Below are positions 61,550 to 64,000 of a stretch of 64,000 bases of DNA, piece by piece. Location of the stretch: the sequence record NC_061444.1; one strand, written 5' to 3'. The position numbers and the translations under genes were made by a program. The notes under the pieces are model-generated. The model made no database searches and was not told where the DNA came from. It saw only the letters and a list, made by a program, of their open reading frames with translations. Each line of letters starts with the position of its first letter. Positions within the stretch are counted from its first letter, which is position 1.

Positions 61550-62354
61550 TTGCCGCGGCCTGACACGAGATGCTCTGTTGCCGACTGCCGAAAAACCGTG
61601 TGCTTCACAGGGTCAGTTGTCAGATTCTAAGATCTGCAAACACTATCGCTCTGACAGTCAATCGCTGACTGAGTTGATGACCGAACACGGTGATACGCTG
61701 GTTACTCTGTTTAACACGTTCCGTAAAATGTCTGACAAAGACCTGCGAGTCGTTGCTGGTATGTTGCTGTCAGAATCGAAAACACGTCGTCATGGCGTGA
61801 AGATGGGACAAGCTGTATTTGTGCGTTATCGTGGTCGTGAGACTCGCAACTACCTGAATAACTTCATGGCAGCGCGTGTGCTCGACGTAGACGCAGATTC
61901 GATTCGTCTTATTTCTGAGAAAGGCGATATCGTTCTGACGTATGCGAACAACGGCTTCAATGGTCCGTCCGTATATACGAAGAAGCAATTTGCTAAGTTA
62001 CGCGCAGAGATGATCAAAGCTGGCAAGCTGATCGACCCTGAGCAAGAGATCAAAACCGCTAAACGTAATCTTCCACAAGAAGACAACGTTAACTTCTCCG
62101 CACCAAGTTCACTTGACGGCTTCTCAATTCCTCTGATGGAAGATGTGACGAAAGGTCGTGGTGGTAAGCGTAAGGGTCGTAAGACTCAGACGCTGGTGGA
62201 TATCGTGTCGATGATTGAGAACGGTCATGACATGGGCGCAGAGCAAGACGAGTCTGGTGTTATGAGCCTCGGTGGTAACTCTTACAAGTCGAAAGATAAG
62301 AAGAAGAAACTCCGTGTCGGTAAGAACGGCGTTGTCGAACTCGGCGACCTGTAA
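61482..62354 (+). CDS. hypothetical protein with N-terminal Cys cluster (290 aa)
   Basis: GGGG SD; CGDCRG...PC...ICKHY. Confidence 0.85.
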   Translation: MANQKVRTLDIKTLVKSELSCGDCRGLTRDALLPTAEKPCASQGQLSDSKICKHYRSDSQSLTELMTEHGDTLVTLFNTFRKMSDKDLRVVAGMLLSESKTRRHGVKMGQAVFVRYRGRETRNYLNNFMAARVLDVDADSIRLISEKGDIVLTYANNGFNGPSVYTKKQFAKLRAEMIKAGKLIDPEQEIKTAKRNLPQEDNVNFSAPSSLDGFSIPLMEDVTKGRGGKRKGRKTQTLVDIVSMIENGHDMGAEQDESGVMSLGGNSYKSKDKKKKLRVGKNGVVELGDL

Positions 62355-62409
62355 TTAAGATCTAATACTCACAGCATACTTCAAATATACGAACAGGATC
62401 TCGGAAAAA

Positions 62410-63549
62410 ATGATCACAGAAGAATTAGGTCTTAATGCTTATCTGGCACAGCGTCTGGGTATTGAGGAGAACTCAGAAGCGTTCCAACGAGTATACGCTG
62501 CGACGATTCGCTACGTGGGCAGCGGGTATAAATCTATCGCGGGTTATCACCGCGACTTGCAAGCAGCCGTCGATTTTAAGCAGTTTGAATTTACTGCACC
62601 TGACTTGCGTATTGAACTATCTTCGATTTGTCGTTTCACGTTGAAGATGCGTTTCTTTGTTCTCGCTGTTTGTCTACATAAGTCACCGCGAGATATCATT
62701 CAGCAGTATGCAGCATACGGTCTGTCAAAGCGTGAAGCAGTGTTGGCGTGGAATCTGATTCTCAAGCACGACACGCAACGCTCACAGATTCGTCGTTGTG
62801 CGAAAGCGCGAGCGAAGTCCAAAGGTGGTCTTGATATCACTATGGTCAGTAGCCGTGAGTTGCGTCTTCGCCTCGATCAAACCGCAAGCCTGTTTGGTGA
62901 GATTCACCGCAGCGCGAAGCGTTTATGCCGTAAGAATTTGCAGTGGGTGTCAGTAAGCCACAACATCCCGATGGCAGACCTGACGTGTGACATTATGTGC
63001 AAGGTGTTGTTGTCGTATTATCAATCCTTGCCAAATCGCTTTAGCGAGGGCCACCAGCTTAACTATCTTCGTGCGTCACTGACGAACCGCATTAACAACA
63101 TGAACAACTACTACGGTGCTGAGAAGCGCAAGCGTATGAAGAAAGTAGGCGAGGACAAGTATGAGATTGTCGTTATGTCTGATAATCAGATGTGGCACAA
63201 TCCAGAAGATGACTCGGCGAACACATACGAAGACATGTTGGGTGAGGATGCTCGTGTACACACTGAGCAGATGGAAAACAATCTGACCATCAATCGTCTG
63301 CTGGAAGATTCAGAGGGAACGAAACGTCACAAGCTGTATCAAACGGTGCTCGGTCGTGATTGTGTCGAGTTCACCGAATATCTGCGTGAGAACGGAATGC
63401 TGAAACAGACCATGACATGTGCCACCCAGTGGATCATGGCTAAGCCTACGAAGTTCATACGCAAGACTCTGGCCAAGTGGCTTGAGGTTAGCGTTGATGC
63501 TGTAACAGGCGGTCTGGAAACATTACGTAGTTCATTACAGGTAGCATGA
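62410..63549 (+). CDS. putative sigma-factor-like protein (region 2-like and C-terminal HTH)
   Basis: ADLTCDIMCKVLLSYY...LNYLRASLTNRINN (ECF region 2-like); RKTLAKWLEVSVDAVTGGLETLRSSL (region 4.2-like). Confidence 0.5.
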   Translation: MITEELGLNAYLAQRLGIEENSEAFQRVYAATIRYVGSGYKSIAGYHRDLQAAVDFKQFEFTAPDLRIELSSICRFTLKMRFFVLAVCLHKSPRDIIQQYAAYGLSKREAVLAWNLILKHDTQRSQIRRCAKARAKSKGGLDITMVSSRELRLRLDQTASLFGEIHRSAKRLCRKNLQWVSVSHNIPMADLTCDIMCKVLLSYYQSLPNRFSEGHQLNYLRASLTNRINNMNNYYGAEKRKRMKKVGEDKYEIVVMSDNQMWHNPEDDSANTYEDMLGEDARVHTEQMENNLTINRLLEDSEGTKRHKLYQTVLGRDCVEFTEYLRENGMLKQTMTCATQWIMAKPTKFIRKTLAKWLEVSVDAVTGGLETLRSSLQVA

Positions 63550-63938
63550 GAGGTCACCATATAGTTATGCAAGCTGCAATCATTAACACTGACGTAGAGC
63601 GTTGTGCTCTCGCCCTGTTCACTCGCCCTCAACTGGACGAGGACTATAAGCGTACCGTGTTGTATCTCGTGTATAAGACTGTAAATCGTAATGGCATGAT
63701 GCAAGTCAATCGTCTGGTGTTTGAACTGAGCCAGAAGTATGGACTGAACAAAGAAGATGTGAAGTCTGCTATCAGTGCGCTCAAAGCACCGGCAGCATTC
63801 AACTCGCTTTCTGTGTTCGTGCCTCGTGCAGACTTGAAAGCAAATCGCGTATGTCGCGTTAATTCAAACGAAGCGATGGATAATTGGATCGCAGAAGTAG
63901 AATCGACTCGACCTCATATCACCCGCTTGTTGCAGTAG
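63546..63938 (+). CDS. hypothetical protein (~123-130 aa; start 63546 or 63567)
   Basis: ATGA overlap; GAGG SD before 63567. Confidence 0.8.
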   Translation: MRGHHIVMQAAIINTDVERCALALFTRPQLDEDYKRTVLYLVYKTVNRNGMMQVNRLVFELSQKYGLNKEDVKSAISALKAPAAFNSLSVFVPRADLKANRVCRVNSNEAMDNWIAEVESTRPHITRLLQ

Positions 63939-63946
63939 GGGCGTAA

Positions 63947-64000
63947 ATGGAAATGTTTTCGCTTGGCCTTGAAGTTAGGGCCATTCGAACTGTCACGAAC
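63947..64000 (+). CDS. 5' fragment of a CDS truncated by the window end
   Basis: AGGGG SD then ATG 63947; no stop before window edge. Confidence 0.5.
   Translation, partial: MEMFSLGLEVRAIRTVTN

Noticed and set aside
1-64000. Alternative genetic code, reverse transcriptase/DGR/retron, group I intron, IS element, integrase, or phage-nucleus shell (ChmA)/PhuZ genes
   Set aside because: Known genes are intact in the standard code, and no diagnostic motifs or interrupted genes other than the RecA intein were seen
1-64000. Assignment to a named phage genus (gene content recalls Erwinia/Dickeya jumbo myoviruses)
   Set aside because: Cannot be verified without a database comparison; no marker gene such as the major capsid or terminase lies in the window

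Overview
A 64-kb slice of a large lytic dsDNA phage genome, most likely a jumbo myovirus of a gammaproteobacterial (Enterobacterales-like) host. About 90 densely packed CDS all lie on the + strand in the standard code, with strong GAGGAG Shine-Dalgarno sites and no virion structural or DNA polymerase genes recognisable. Recognisable genes: two sigma-factor-like proteins (window start and about 62.4 kb), a gp32-like SSB, an intein-containing RecA/UvsX, an AcrVA2/FinQ-family protein, an RHH protein, a DUF6939/NADAR-like protein, a GNAT, Tpt1/KptA, a radical SAM protein with a Cys/Gly tail, a YbiI-like DksA/TraR zinc finger, UvdE, dUTPase, a lytic transglycosylase, an HD hydrolase, a two-subunit type IIA topoisomerase and an HNH protein. 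Two unusual layers stand out. (1) Twelve copies of a non-canonical promoter cassette (TGGACAAAAT box, a sequence-variable hairpin centred near -30, an extended -10, then a 5' stem-loop), plus a second intergenic motif, GAAATCTGTAAA. (2) An island of about 14 kb (41.6-55.6 kb) of extremely acidic and extremely basic proteins that share a repeated small helix-extension-helix (SAP/LEM/Rho-N-like) domain and include a histone-H1-like protein, suggestive of a phage chromatin or condensate system. All family assignments come from motif recognition by eye; no searches were run. Start codons were often moved from the ORF track to the SD-supported ATG.
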